NCBI GenBank assembly: GCA_045615605.1
Contig: JAZLFE010000065.1
Location: 1 to 44,281, forward strand
Direction: 5' to 3'
Length of the DNA: 44,281 nucleotides
DNA from: Bacilli bacterium
GTDB taxonomy: Bacteria > Bacillota_I > Bacilli_A > RFN20 > CAG-826
Below are positions 18,180-27,607 of this stretch, in pieces. The notes under the pieces were generated by a model, which was given only the letters and a program-made list of their open reading frames with translations, ran no database searches and had not been told where the DNA came from. Position numbers and translations under genes: made by a program. The stretch's first letter is position 1, and each line of letters begins with the position of its first letter.

Positions 18180-19357
18180 AACCAATCTGCTATATCAATT
18201 ATTTCTATCCCTTCGTATTGATAAACTTCGCTTCTAGTACGCGCGATAAGCATTTTATGATAGGCATCTTTAATTTTAAGTAGTGAGTTAACTTCGCGAT
18301 TAAAAGTATTTTCATTAGTTATATCATCCGAAACCTGTATATAAAGCTTTTCACCGTTTTTAATTGCAACAAAATCAATTTCAGTATCGTACAAAACTCC
18401 AGCATATAGTTCATATCCTCTTCTTAATAATTCAATCGCTACAATATTTTCTAACATTCTTCCAGTATCGATACTCTTAGTTCCTGTAAGCGCATATTTA
18501 AAAGAATGATCACATAGATAATACTTATCAGAAGATGATAAATATTTTTTACCTTTAATGTCGTATCTTTTAACAGGATAAAATAAGAAGGCATTACAAA
18601 GATATTCAAGATAAGATCTTATTGTTTTATGATTTAATTTATCGTTATTACTTGATAGTGTTTTAGCAATATTGCGATATGAAATAATATTAGAAACATT
18701 ATCCGCTAGATAAGTAGCAATCTTTGATAATAATATTTTATTTTTAATATGATATTTTTGAACAATATCTCTTAAGATGGAAGTATTAAATACATTACTT
18801 AAATACTTATATTTATCATTAATAGAATCGTAATCATAAGATCCAGACATTCCACCTAATTTAATATAATTATCAAATGCAGGATAATTATTATCTAATT
18901 TATAAATTTTTTTATATTCGTTAAAAGAAAAGGGGAAAACTTCAATTTCAAATGCTCTGCCAGTAAAAAGAGTCGCTAAATCACTTGATAGTAAAAAAGC
19001 ATTAGAACCAGTAAGATAAATATGATATTTTTCTGAAGAATGAAGGCTATTTATAGCCTGCTCGAAATTAATGCAAAATTCAATTTCATCAACTAATAAA
19101 AAATTATTAGAATTCTTTTTATAATGTTCTTTTACATATTTTTCAAAGTCATGTCGATTTCTTAAAGCATCGAAATCTGAATCATTGAAGTCGATATGAA
19201 TAATGTTAGTATTTTTTAGTTTTTTTAAATATTTAATAAATAAAAACATTAATTTAGATTTACCAGATCTTCTAACGCCTGTAATTACTTTAATATCTTT
19301 AGACTTAATTGTAGATATTAATCTAGATAAGTATGTTTCTCTTTCTATTATTTTCAT
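18149..19357 (-). CDS. AAA+ ATPase with a C-terminal DUF4143-type (restriction-endonuclease-like) domain, COG1373-like
   Basis: Walker A GVRRSGKS, Walker B FLLVDEIEF, and a C-terminal LENIVAIELLRRGYE...TEIDFVAI...LYIQVS block collinear with AAA_14+DUF4143 proteins. GAGGTGG RBS. Confidence 0.8.
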   Translation of the reverse strand: MKIIERETYLSRLISTIKSKDIKVITGVRRSGKSKLMFLFIKYLKKLKNTNIIHIDFNDSDFDALRNRHDFEKYVKEHYKKNSNNFLLVDEIEFCINFEQAINSLHSSEKYHIYLTGSNAFLLSSDLATLFTGRAFEIEVFPFSFNEYKKIYKLDNNYPAFDNYIKLGGMSGSYDYDSINDKYKYLSNVFNTSILRDIVQKYHIKNKILLSKIATYLADNVSNIISYRNIAKTLSSNNDKLNHKTIRSYLEYLCNAFLFYPVKRYDIKGKKYLSSSDKYYLCDHSFKYALTGTKSIDTGRMLENIVAIELLRRGYELYAGVLYDTEIDFVAIKNGEKLYIQVSDDITNENTFNREVNSLLKIKDAYHKMLIARTRSEVYQYEGIEIIDIADWLSHFPKMKNF

Positions 19358-19377
19358 ATTTAAATATTACCACCTCG

Positions 19378-19418
19378 TTTCCCAAAATTCAAAATTTTTC
19401 ATTTTTGGGAAATGGGAT
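19378..19418. repeat. 41-bp direct repeat, copy B (same hairpin)
   Basis: tttcccaaaattcaaaatttttcatttttgggaaatgggat. It lies between the pncB stop and the ATPase start and is shaped like the pncB terminator. Confidence 0.9.
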
Positions 19419-19471
19419 TATTGATTAAATATATAAATATATTTAAAAGATATCAAGAAAATAAGATAATT

Positions 19472-20569
19472 TTATAGTTTTACAACTTTTAAACGACTAC
19501 TTTTGATATTTTCTCTACCAAATTTAGCCTCTTTTTTATTATCTAGCATTACAAGATCACCAGTGAATCCACAGGTGTTATTAAGCACTAAGGCACTACC
19601 TACTCCATAAGTATCAACCGGGACTTTTAATTTAACCCACTCTTTAATCTTTTCTAATGAGAAGCTAGAAGATACTACTATTTTAACGTGTTTATAATCG
19701 TTCTTATCTAAAGCATTACGAAGGGCAAATATAAGTTCTTTACACACTCCATGAGGATCAAATCCTTTTGTAGATTTATTAGTAAAATATTTATCGATTA
19801 AGGATAAAGAGGTATCTACTCTAACAGCGCCTAAATCTTTATTAAGCGCTTTCGCGAGTTTAAGAGTATCAGTAATAACATCGTTATTATAATCTACTAA
19901 TGCAGTGACCTTTTCGTTAGGGAAAGTCTTATGATAATATTTCGCTGCTAAAACAACATCACCTTTACACATTTGGATTAAAGCATGCGGCATAGTACCC
20001 ATCCCTTTACCACCCCAATATAATCCTTGAGCATCCGTAGATACTTTATTTACTCCTGCAACATAGGTAGCATAGCCATCCCCAGCTTGAGTAAGATAAT
20101 CATCTTGGCGATCTGCCATAGAAAACATTTGATATTTATTGCCAAGTAATCTTTTAATTCGATAAACATTAGTAGCAACGCTACTACGACGAGCAAGTAT
20201 CCCATCAATTAAAGATTCTAAGAATCCGAAGTCTTCATAGTGACCTGTAATTTTAAGTACTGGTTCATTAGCCTTTATTAAATCTCCATCGTTAAGCGCT
20301 TCAATCTTAAGAGATTTAGGATTAGGAGAGAAAGTCTCTATTAAAGCGATTACTTCATCAATACCACATAACATTACATCATTAGCGCGTTGAAAGAATT
20401 GCATAGTAACAATATGACCTTTTAAATGTTTAATCACTATCTTTCTAGTTTTTAAAAAATAGTTCGCGCTATAAAATCCTTTCGCAATCTCTTTTGGAAA
20501 TTTAAAAGTTTTATTAGTTAAGCGTTTGATCTTACCCGCTTCTTTTAATTTAATTTCTAATTCTTCCAT
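19472..20569 (-). CDS. pncB: Nicotinate phosphoribosyltransferase (short, type II PRTase form)
   Basis: 365 aa with a MADRQDDY...GTMPHALIQ pattern of NAPRT/QAPRT-fold enzymes. Confidence 0.75.
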   Translation of the reverse strand: MEELEIKLKEAGKIKRLTNKTFKFPKEIAKGFYSANYFLKTRKIVIKHLKGHIVTMQFFQRANDVMLCGIDEVIALIETFSPNPKSLKIEALNDGDLIKANEPVLKITGHYEDFGFLESLIDGILARRSSVATNVYRIKRLLGNKYQMFSMADRQDDYLTQAGDGYATYVAGVNKVSTDAQGLYWGGKGMGTMPHALIQMCKGDVVLAAKYYHKTFPNEKVTALVDYNNDVITDTLKLAKALNKDLGAVRVDTSLSLIDKYFTNKSTKGFDPHGVCKELIFALRNALDKNDYKHVKIVVSSSFSLEKIKEWVKLKVPVDTYGVGSALVLNNTCGFTGDLVMLDNKKEAKFGRENIKSSRLKVVKL

Positions 20570-21180
20570 AACTTCTTAATAATTAAACGATAAATCGTTT
20601 TATTTTCCTTTCTAAATTTAGCTTCGTATTCGGTTAATGAATCATTTTCATCTAATTTATTATAATTAGGAATATCCTCTTTAATAAAGAACTTTTCTTT
20701 ATTTAATACTAATTTAGTGTATTCATATAACGGTTTTTGATCAGTCTTAAAAATAATTAATCCATCATCATTTAAGATACGATAATAATCATCCATAAAG
20801 ATTGGAGAGGTTAATCTACGTTTAGCGTGTTTCTTCTTTGGCCAGGGATCAGAGAAATTTAAATATATTTTATTAATCGAATTCTTTTTTAATGCATGGG
20901 ATACATTAATAAAATTATCGTAGATAACTCTAATATTATTTAAATTATTTTCTTTAATTTTTTTAACCGCTGGTGCAGCGACTGATACAACTCTTTCTAT
21001 CATTAAAAAATGCGTCTTAGGGAATTTAGTGGATTGACCAATAATAAAGTCGCCTTTACCTCCTCCTATCTCGATTTCTAAAGACTTATCAAAAAATTTA
21101 TCTTCTTTAAAAGTAGGATAGGCGATATCAGGATTATCTTTTAAATACGGTAACGCCCAAGGCTTATATTTAGTTCTCAT
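20557..21180 (-). CDS. trmB: tRNA (guanine46-N7)-methyltransferase
   Basis: 207 aa with EIGGGKGDF (SAM site) and NFSDPWPKKKHAKRRL. Confidence 0.9.
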   Translation of the reverse strand: MRTKYKPWALPYLKDNPDIAYPTFKEDKFFDKSLEIEIGGGKGDFIIGQSTKFPKTHFLMIERVVSVAAPAVKKIKENNLNNIRVIYDNFINVSHALKKNSINKIYLNFSDPWPKKKHAKRRLTSPIFMDDYYRILNDDGLIIFKTDQKPLYEYTKLVLNKEKFFIKEDIPNYNKLDENDSLTEYEAKFRKENKTIYRLIIKKLWKN

Positions 21181-22430
21181 TTAATTTTGCTTAGATTATA
21201 GATAGCATGAGCATAAATACTCATCGCATCTTTAATTACTTTAATAGGAATATATTCATTATCACAGTGCATATTATATTCTTTGTTAGAAGGTTCAATA
21301 CCAAACGCTACAGTGTTCTTTACTTCTTTAGCGTAAGTGCCTCCTCCTAGTACAATTGGTTTACTCTTTTTATCATTAGTCTCTTTTACATAAGCATTTA
21401 ATAAATTCTTTACTAAAGGAGATTTTAAATCGAATAATAAAGGAGCAACATAATCTTCACTAATTGATTTAGCACCTAGTGTTTTTAAGATATTTTTAAT
21501 TAATGATTTAGGAGTAGGTTTTTCAGGATAACGGAAATTAATATGTAGAGTTAATTCATTATTTTTGTAATTAACAATACCAACATTATAGACAGTCTCT
21601 CCCATTGCTTTAGTTTTATTATAAGCATTAAGCTTTTTACCAGAATAATCTAAAAATAAATCCGCTAATGCTTTACCATCTTTATTTCCGTATTTCTTTA
21701 ATCCAATTAAGAAAGCGTTCTTACCTTCACTTGGAGTAGAACCATGAGCCGGTATTCCTTTAACGATAACCTTTTTATTGTTATTTAAGATAAAAGTGCA
21801 TTCTCCAATAACGGTATTACCAGCGTTACCTCCACTAATAGATTTAATTGGAGATAAATTAATCTTTTTCTTAATTATTAAATTACCAATACCTTTCTCG
21901 CCATATACGACAGGGAATTTACTATCAGGAGTAAAGCCAAAATCTGGAGCGGGGTGATTTTTTGTATAGGCTTCAAGACAACTTCCACCGATTTCTTCTG
22001 CTCCTCCAGCGAATACTTTAACCCTAACATTATTAAGCAAATGAGCGTCTTTTAACGCAATGATTGAATATAAAGAGGCTAGTAAAGGACCTTTATCATC
22101 AGCGACTCCTCTACCATAATAATTATTCTTATCTTTCTTAAGATGATAAATATCTTTACTAGAAGGTACTACATCTAAATGTCCAAAAACTTCAATCAAT
22201 TTTCCTTTACTACCTAACGATAATTCAACATATCTTTTATTTAGTTCAACTTTAAATCCATGTTTCTTACCAATTTTAGAAAATGTTTTTAAGGCTGTAT
22301 CCACTCCTTTTCCATAAGGTGTGTTTTTGCTTTTAGTCTTATCGTCATCAAAACTAGCGATTCTCACTAGTGTTTCTAAATCCTTTTCTAAAGAAACAAA
22401 ATAAGGTTTAGTTAATTTCTTAAAGTCCAT
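21177..22430 (-). CDS. M20-family metallodipeptidase (PepV-like)
   Basis: 417 aa with the metal-ligand motifs GHLDVVP and GRGVADDKGP. Confidence 0.8.
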   Translation of the reverse strand: MDFKKLTKPYFVSLEKDLETLVRIASFDDDKTKSKNTPYGKGVDTALKTFSKIGKKHGFKVELNKRYVELSLGSKGKLIEVFGHLDVVPSSKDIYHLKKDKNNYYGRGVADDKGPLLASLYSIIALKDAHLLNNVRVKVFAGGAEEIGGSCLEAYTKNHPAPDFGFTPDSKFPVVYGEKGIGNLIIKKKINLSPIKSISGGNAGNTVIGECTFILNNNKKVIVKGIPAHGSTPSEGKNAFLIGLKKYGNKDGKALADLFLDYSGKKLNAYNKTKAMGETVYNVGIVNYKNNELTLHINFRYPEKPTPKSLIKNILKTLGAKSISEDYVAPLLFDLKSPLVKNLLNAYVKETNDKKSKPIVLGGGTYAKEVKNTVAFGIEPSNKEYNMHCDNEYIPIKVIKDAMSIYAHAIYNLSKIK

Positions 22431-23154
22431 TTTTTATATTCTCCTGATATATATAGTGCACTCCTAAAATAGTTAGATATGGGTAATAGATAACATCTTT
22501 AATAATCGGACGAATGATAGATGATCCTCCACCAGTAATTATTACTTTCATCTTTTTACCTAATATCTTTTGATAATCTTTAATAAATCCATTAATGGCA
22601 TAAACGCAAGAATAAATAACTCCGTTATTAATACAACTTGTGGTAGTCTTACCCATAAAGTTAGATGAGTATTCTAATTTAATCTCCGGTAATTTATCGG
22701 TGTGATAAAACATTGATCGAGCGCTTCCTTGTAAACCAGAGAAGAACGATGCTCCAATAAAAGTATTATCTTTAGAAAGCGCTAATACTTTATTAACCGT
22801 TCCTAAATCAAATACTAACGCTGGTCCTTTAAAATGTTTTTTAGCGCTTATTAAATCAGCGTATAAATCACTACCAATTTCTTCCGTATGACATTTAACG
22901 CTAAGTTTAAGATTCTTCTTTAACTTGGATATATCAACTATTTTAGCCTTACTAATTTTTTTAATTCCTTTAATAACTGCTTTACTGATTTTATTAACTA
23001 CACTAGAGATAATAACAACATTAAATTTAAGAGATTTTAAACTTGATAAATCTATATCAGTATTACTTTTAAATACAAAATAACGTTCTACATTATCGTG
23101 CTTTAAAAGAGCAACTTTAGTGTAACTATTACCAATATCAATTACTAATTCCAT
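22420..23154 (-). CDS. coaX: Type III pantothenate kinase
   Basis: 244 aa with N-terminus MELVIDIGNSYTKVAL (ASKHA phosphate-1 motif) and ITGGGS near the C-terminus. Confidence 0.85.
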   Translation of the reverse strand: MELVIDIGNSYTKVALLKHDNVERYFVFKSNTDIDLSSLKSLKFNVVIISSVVNKISKAVIKGIKKISKAKIVDISKLKKNLKLSVKCHTEEIGSDLYADLISAKKHFKGPALVFDLGTVNKVLALSKDNTFIGASFFSGLQGSARSMFYHTDKLPEIKLEYSSNFMGKTTTSCINNGVIYSCVYAINGFIKDYQKILGKKMKVIITGGGSSIIRPIIKDVIYYPYLTILGVHYIYQENIKNGL

Positions 23155-23157
23155 TAT

Positions 23158-25566
23158 TTAAATTGCCACCACATTAACTATTTTATTTTTAACTGTAATA
23201 ACTTTTTTTATGGTTTTACCAACAATATTCTTTTTAATGATTTCATTTGCTAAGGCAACTTCCTTCATCTTCTCTTCTTCTAAATCTTTTTTAATCTTAA
23301 TCGTAGTCTTTACTTTACCATTAATACTTAACGCAATTTCTATTTCGTCTAAAACAATTTTAGTTGCATCATAAGTTGGCCATTTAGCATAAGCGATACT
23401 CTCTTTATTGCCTAATAAAGAATATATTTCTTCTCCTACAAAAGGACAAATACAACTAAACATCTTTAAGAAGTTAATTAAATATTCTTCATATATTTCA
23501 TTAGCTTTATATACTTCATTAATAAAGATCATCATTTGGGATATCGCAGTATTAAATTGTAAATTAGTGAAGTCCTCAGTAACTTTTTTAACTGTGTAGT
23601 TATAAATATAGTCTAATGAATGATTATTATTTTTAGTCCATTTCTTTTTAATATCTTCACTATTAAAGACTCTCCATACTCTTTCAATAAAGCGTTTACT
23701 ACCTTCAATATCTTTCATCTTCCAAGGAAGTGAGGCTTCAAGTGGCCCCATAAACATTTCGTATAAACGTAGAGTATCTGCTCCATATTGTTTAATAATG
23801 TCATCAGGATTAATAACATTACCTCTACTCTTAGACATCTTTTCGCCATTCTCACCTAATATCATTCCTTGATGGAATAATTTCTTAAATGGTTCTTTAG
23901 AAGATACTACATTGATATCGTGCAAGAATTTATGCCAGAATCTAGCATATAGTAGATGGAGCACTGCGTGCTCAGATCCACCAATATATAAATCTACTGG
24001 TAACCAGTGATCTAATAATTCTTTATCTCCAATCGCTTTATCATTTTTAGGATCAATATAACGAATATAATACCAACAAGATCCTGCCCATTGAGGCATC
24101 GTGTTAGTCTCGCGTTTAGCGATACTACCGTCTTCAAATTTAACATTAAGCCAATCTTTAGCATTTGCTAATGGAGATTCTCCAGTTCCACTTGGAGCGT
24201 ACTTATCTAGTTTAGGTAATTCAAGTGGTAAATCTTCTTCATTAAGAGGAATTAATTCTTTATTCTCTTTAATAAGCATTGGGATTGGTTCTCCCCAATA
24301 TCTTTGACGAGAGAATAACCAGTCTCTTAATTTATAATGAACAGTAAAATCACCAGCGTGTAATTCTTTAAGTCTTTCAGTAATTTTCTTTTTTGCTTCA
24401 TCAATTAATAGACCGTTAACAAAATCACTATTAATGTGTTTAGCGTCATATACCATCGCTTCTTTAGAAATATCACCTTCAAGTACTTGAATCATTTTAA
24501 TATTATGTTTTTTAGCGAATTCATAATCGCGTGTATCATGCGCTGGTACTGCCATTACGGCTCCTGTACCATAACTTGCTAATACATAATCAGCGATATA
24601 AATAGGAACTTCTTTATTATTAATTGGATTAATCGCATAACTACCAATAAAAACACCACTCTTCTCTTTATTTAAATCGGTTCTCTCTAAATCAGATTTA
24701 GATGCACACTTCTTTAAATAAGCATCTACTTCTTCTTGATGCTCTTTAGTAGTTAATTCTTTTACTAATGGATGCTCAGGGGCTAAAGTGCAATAAGTAC
24801 AACCAAATAAAGTATCAGCACGAGTAGTGAATACATCGAATGTTTTATCACTACCTTTTATCTTAAAGGTAACAGTAGTACCTACTGATTTACCAATCCA
24901 GTTAGATTGCATATCTAAAGTAGATTTAGGCCAATCTAGATCTTTTAAATCTTCAAGTAATCTATCCGCGTATTTAGTAATCTTGAGCATCCATTGACGC
25001 ATTGGCATTCTAATAACAGGATATCCACCTCTTTCACTCTTACCATCAATAACTTCTTCATTCGCTAATACTGTTCCTAGTTCAGGACAGAAGTTAACTG
25101 GGATATTAGATACATAGGCTAATCCTTGTTTATATAATTGTAAGAATATCCATTGAGTCCATTTATAGTAACTTGTATCAATAGTAGATATCTCTTTACT
25201 CCAGTCATAAGAGAATCCTAAAGCTTTAATTTGTTCTTTAAAGTGAGCGATATTTTTTCTTGTATACGCTTCTGGATGAACATTATTTTTTAATGCATAT
25301 TGTTCAGCGGGTAATCCAAAAGCATCCCATCCCATTGGATGAAGAACATTATATCCTTGCATTCTTTTCATTCTCGCTAAGATATCACTAGCGGTGTATC
25401 CTTCAGGATGACCAACATGAAGTCCTTGTCCAGAAGGATAAGGAAACATGTCTAAGATATAATATTTAGGGCGAGAGAAATCATAAGTATCACAATAAAA
25501 AGTATTGTTTTTATCCCAATATTCTTGCCATTTTTTTTCTATCGATAAAAAGTCATAATCACTCAT
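23158..25566 (-). CDS. leuS: Leucyl-tRNA synthetase
   Basis: 802 aa with HVGH (HIGH) and KMSKS motifs and a bacterial LeuRS layout. Confidence 0.97.
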   Translation of the reverse strand: MSDYDFLSIEKKWQEYWDKNNTFYCDTYDFSRPKYYILDMFPYPSGQGLHVGHPEGYTASDILARMKRMQGYNVLHPMGWDAFGLPAEQYALKNNVHPEAYTRKNIAHFKEQIKALGFSYDWSKEISTIDTSYYKWTQWIFLQLYKQGLAYVSNIPVNFCPELGTVLANEEVIDGKSERGGYPVIRMPMRQWMLKITKYADRLLEDLKDLDWPKSTLDMQSNWIGKSVGTTVTFKIKGSDKTFDVFTTRADTLFGCTYCTLAPEHPLVKELTTKEHQEEVDAYLKKCASKSDLERTDLNKEKSGVFIGSYAINPINNKEVPIYIADYVLASYGTGAVMAVPAHDTRDYEFAKKHNIKMIQVLEGDISKEAMVYDAKHINSDFVNGLLIDEAKKKITERLKELHAGDFTVHYKLRDWLFSRQRYWGEPIPMLIKENKELIPLNEEDLPLELPKLDKYAPSGTGESPLANAKDWLNVKFEDGSIAKRETNTMPQWAGSCWYYIRYIDPKNDKAIGDKELLDHWLPVDLYIGGSEHAVLHLLYARFWHKFLHDINVVSSKEPFKKLFHQGMILGENGEKMSKSRGNVINPDDIIKQYGADTLRLYEMFMGPLEASLPWKMKDIEGSKRFIERVWRVFNSEDIKKKWTKNNNHSLDYIYNYTVKKVTEDFTNLQFNTAISQMMIFINEVYKANEIYEEYLINFLKMFSCICPFVGEEIYSLLGNKESIAYAKWPTYDATKIVLDEIEIALSINGKVKTTIKIKKDLEEEKMKEVALANEIIKKNIVGKTIKKVITVKNKIVNVVAI

Positions 25567-25612
25567 ACTTGATATATTTTATATCAATTAGAGTTTATAA
25601 TAAAGAAGTTAT

Positions 25613-26098
25613 ATGAAGAAGAAAATTAAACCATCACATAAATATACTTATATAACATTTTTTATTTTATTTTGTGCTTTAACGCTTCTTCTTTGGACGA
25701 TAGTAGGCACTAAACCATGGCTTAATAATTACACTGATTATATTAAAGAGAGATTATGGGTTGAATTAACTTATATTAGTAGTGCATTCTTAGTGAATCT
25801 TATTGGAGTGATTATCTATCGCATTAAAGTATATTATGTAGTAGATGATAAAAAGATTATTCGTTATGGAAGAGTTGAAAGACAATATTTTTATAACGAT
25901 ATTATTTATGTAGATGATGAATATACTAGTAAACATAACGATGCTTTAATCTATTTAAATACTGGTAAATGGATTAATTTAACATTAGATAGTAAAAGAG
26001 AATTATTAGAATTAATTAAAGATAAATCTCCTCTTATGAAGAAGGATGATTTTATTCTTAAATATCCTGAAGCTTATCAAAGAATAAAGAAAAGATAA
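25613..26098 (+). CDS. Membrane protein with 2 TM segments followed by a bacterial PH-like domain (YdbS/YdbT-like)
   Basis: 161 aa with two N-terminal hydrophobic helices and then a soluble approximately 90-aa domain. The family assignment is tentative. Confidence 0.55.
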   Translation: MKKKIKPSHKYTYITFFILFCALTLLLWTIVGTKPWLNNYTDYIKERLWVELTYISSAFLVNLIGVIIYRIKVYYVVDDKKIIRYGRVERQYFYNDIIYVDDEYTSKHNDALIYLNTGKWINLTLDSKRELLELIKDKSPLMKKDDFILKYPEAYQRIKKR

Positions 26099-26164
26099 TC
26101 ATTATTATTTGCAATTATTTTTTGCTTACTTTATAGTAAATAGAGTCAATTAGAGGTAATTAAT

Positions 26165-26356
26165 ATGTCAAGAGTATGTCCTGTAACTGGTAAGAAACCA
26201 TTAAGTGGTAATAATAGAAGCCACTCTTTAAGAGCGACTCGTAGAGTGCAAAATGTTAATTTACAAAAGTTCCAAATTAATGTTGATGGTAAAATGCAAA
26301 CCGTTAGAATGAGCACTCGTGCTTACCGTACTTTAAATAAAAGTAAAAAGAAGTAA
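26165..26356 (+). CDS. rpmB: 50S ribosomal protein L28
   Basis: MSRVCPVTGKKPLSGNNRSHSLRATRRVQNVNLQK is a classic L28 N-terminus. A TTGCAA-17-TATAGT promoter and a GAGG RBS lie upstream. Confidence 0.95.
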   Translation: MSRVCPVTGKKPLSGNNRSHSLRATRRVQNVNLQKFQINVDGKMQTVRMSTRAYRTLNKSKKK

Positions 26357-26372
26357 TTAATAATTTATTATT

Positions 26373-26399
26373 AAAAAGGAGGCGATTGCCTCCTTTTTT
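26373..26399 (+). terminator. Bidirectional rho-independent terminator
   Basis: aaaaaggaggc-gatt-gcctccttttt. It sits between the convergent rpmB and the reductase gene. Confidence 0.8.
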
Positions 26400-26417
26400 A
26401 TTTTATCTAATAACTTT

Positions 26418-27605
26418 TTATTTGTTATAAGGAACTTCTAAAACAATATCACTTAATGGATAAGATGCGCATGGATGAATCCAATTGAATGTAACATCAG
26501 CAAGTCTTCTTCCATCAATCGCTTTAGGAGTATAAATCTTACCAGAAATGAGAAGTGAATGACACCAACCACATTCTCCAGATCTACAACGGCTTGGAGC
26601 GTGTACTCCGGCTTTCTCCATGGAGTTAAGTAATGATTCATTACTATTACAGGTAAGATGATATTCTTTATTTCTCATTCTTACTACTAACTTAAATTGT
26701 TTATTAGCGAGTTCTTTTGGGAAGTCTTTATCGTGAGTAGGATCACCATATTCTCCAAATACTTCCTTACGGAAACGGCGATTAGGAAGTTTAAGTTCTT
26801 CCGCAACTTTATCCATTGCTTTATATAATCCACGAGGACCACAAACAAATAAGGAGAAGTCTCCTTTAACATTAGACTTAATAATCTTAGAGTTAATGAA
26901 TCCTTGTTTATTTTCTAAAACATAGACAACTTTAACTTTCTTACATTTCTTAGCGATAGCATCTAATTCTTTCTTAAATAAGAGAGATTCAGCATTCTTC
27001 GCACCATAGATAATAGTAAGATTAAAATCTTCTGTACCATCAACGATTGCTTCTGCCATCGATACAAAAGGAGTAATGCCACTACCACCAGCAACACCAA
27101 CTACTTGTTTTGCGTCTCTTAATTTAGTGTAATAGAATTCACCTTGAGGACCTGAGATATCAATTACTTGTCCTACTTTAAATTTCTCGTTCGCTACTTT
27201 AGAAGAGAATCCATCTTTATTATTTTTAATCGTAATCATATAACTTGGATTTTTATCTAATGCTTTCTTAGGACTAGACGAAATTGAGAATGGACGAGTA
27301 ACCATAATGTCGTCTACTTTAATATTCATAGCGACATATTGTCCTGCTCTAAAGAACGCTAATTCTTTTTGTTTAACAGGAGTTAATACAAAACTTTTAG
27401 CGTCTTTTCTTTCAATAATTTTACTGATTTTACAATGTTGGATAGAAGGATGTAATTGAGCGGCTAATTTATTAGAAACATAATTAAATGGTTTAAGTTC
27501 ATCACTCGCTTCATTAATATGTTCATCACGAACTTTAACTTGTTTAAGGAAGGCACCAACACCTAATCCTTTTAAATATTTTTTATCATAATTATACTTC
27601 GCCAT
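26418..27605 (-). CDS. FNR-family NAD(P)H:flavin oxidoreductase with a C-terminal plant-type 2Fe-2S ferredoxin domain
   Basis: 395 aa with RPFSISS (FAD RxYS-type motif), GVAGGSGITPF (NAD(P)H motif) and the C-terminal cysteines CRSGECGWC...HPC. AGGAG RBS. It starts 2 nt after the upstream stop. Confidence 0.8.
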   Translation of the reverse strand: MAKYNYDKKYLKGLGVGAFLKQVKVRDEHINEASDELKPFNYVSNKLAAQLHPSIQHCKISKIIERKDAKSFVLTPVKQKELAFFRAGQYVAMNIKVDDIMVTRPFSISSSPKKALDKNPSYMITIKNNKDGFSSKVANEKFKVGQVIDISGPQGEFYYTKLRDAKQVVGVAGGSGITPFVSMAEAIVDGTEDFNLTIIYGAKNAESLLFKKELDAIAKKCKKVKVVYVLENKQGFINSKIIKSNVKGDFSLFVCGPRGLYKAMDKVAEELKLPNRRFRKEVFGEYGDPTHDKDFPKELANKQFKLVVRMRNKEYHLTCNSNESLLNSMEKAGVHAPSRCRSGECGWCHSLLISGKIYTPKAIDGRRLADVTFNWIHPCASYPLSDIVLEVPYNK

Positions 27606-27607
27606 AA

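Noticed and set aside
19425-19446. An inverted repeat TTAAATATAT-AA-ATATATTTAA just after the pncB stop.
   Set aside because: It consists purely of A and T. Such palindromes are expected by chance in this composition, and the adjacent GC-containing 41-bp repeat hairpin is the more credible structural element.
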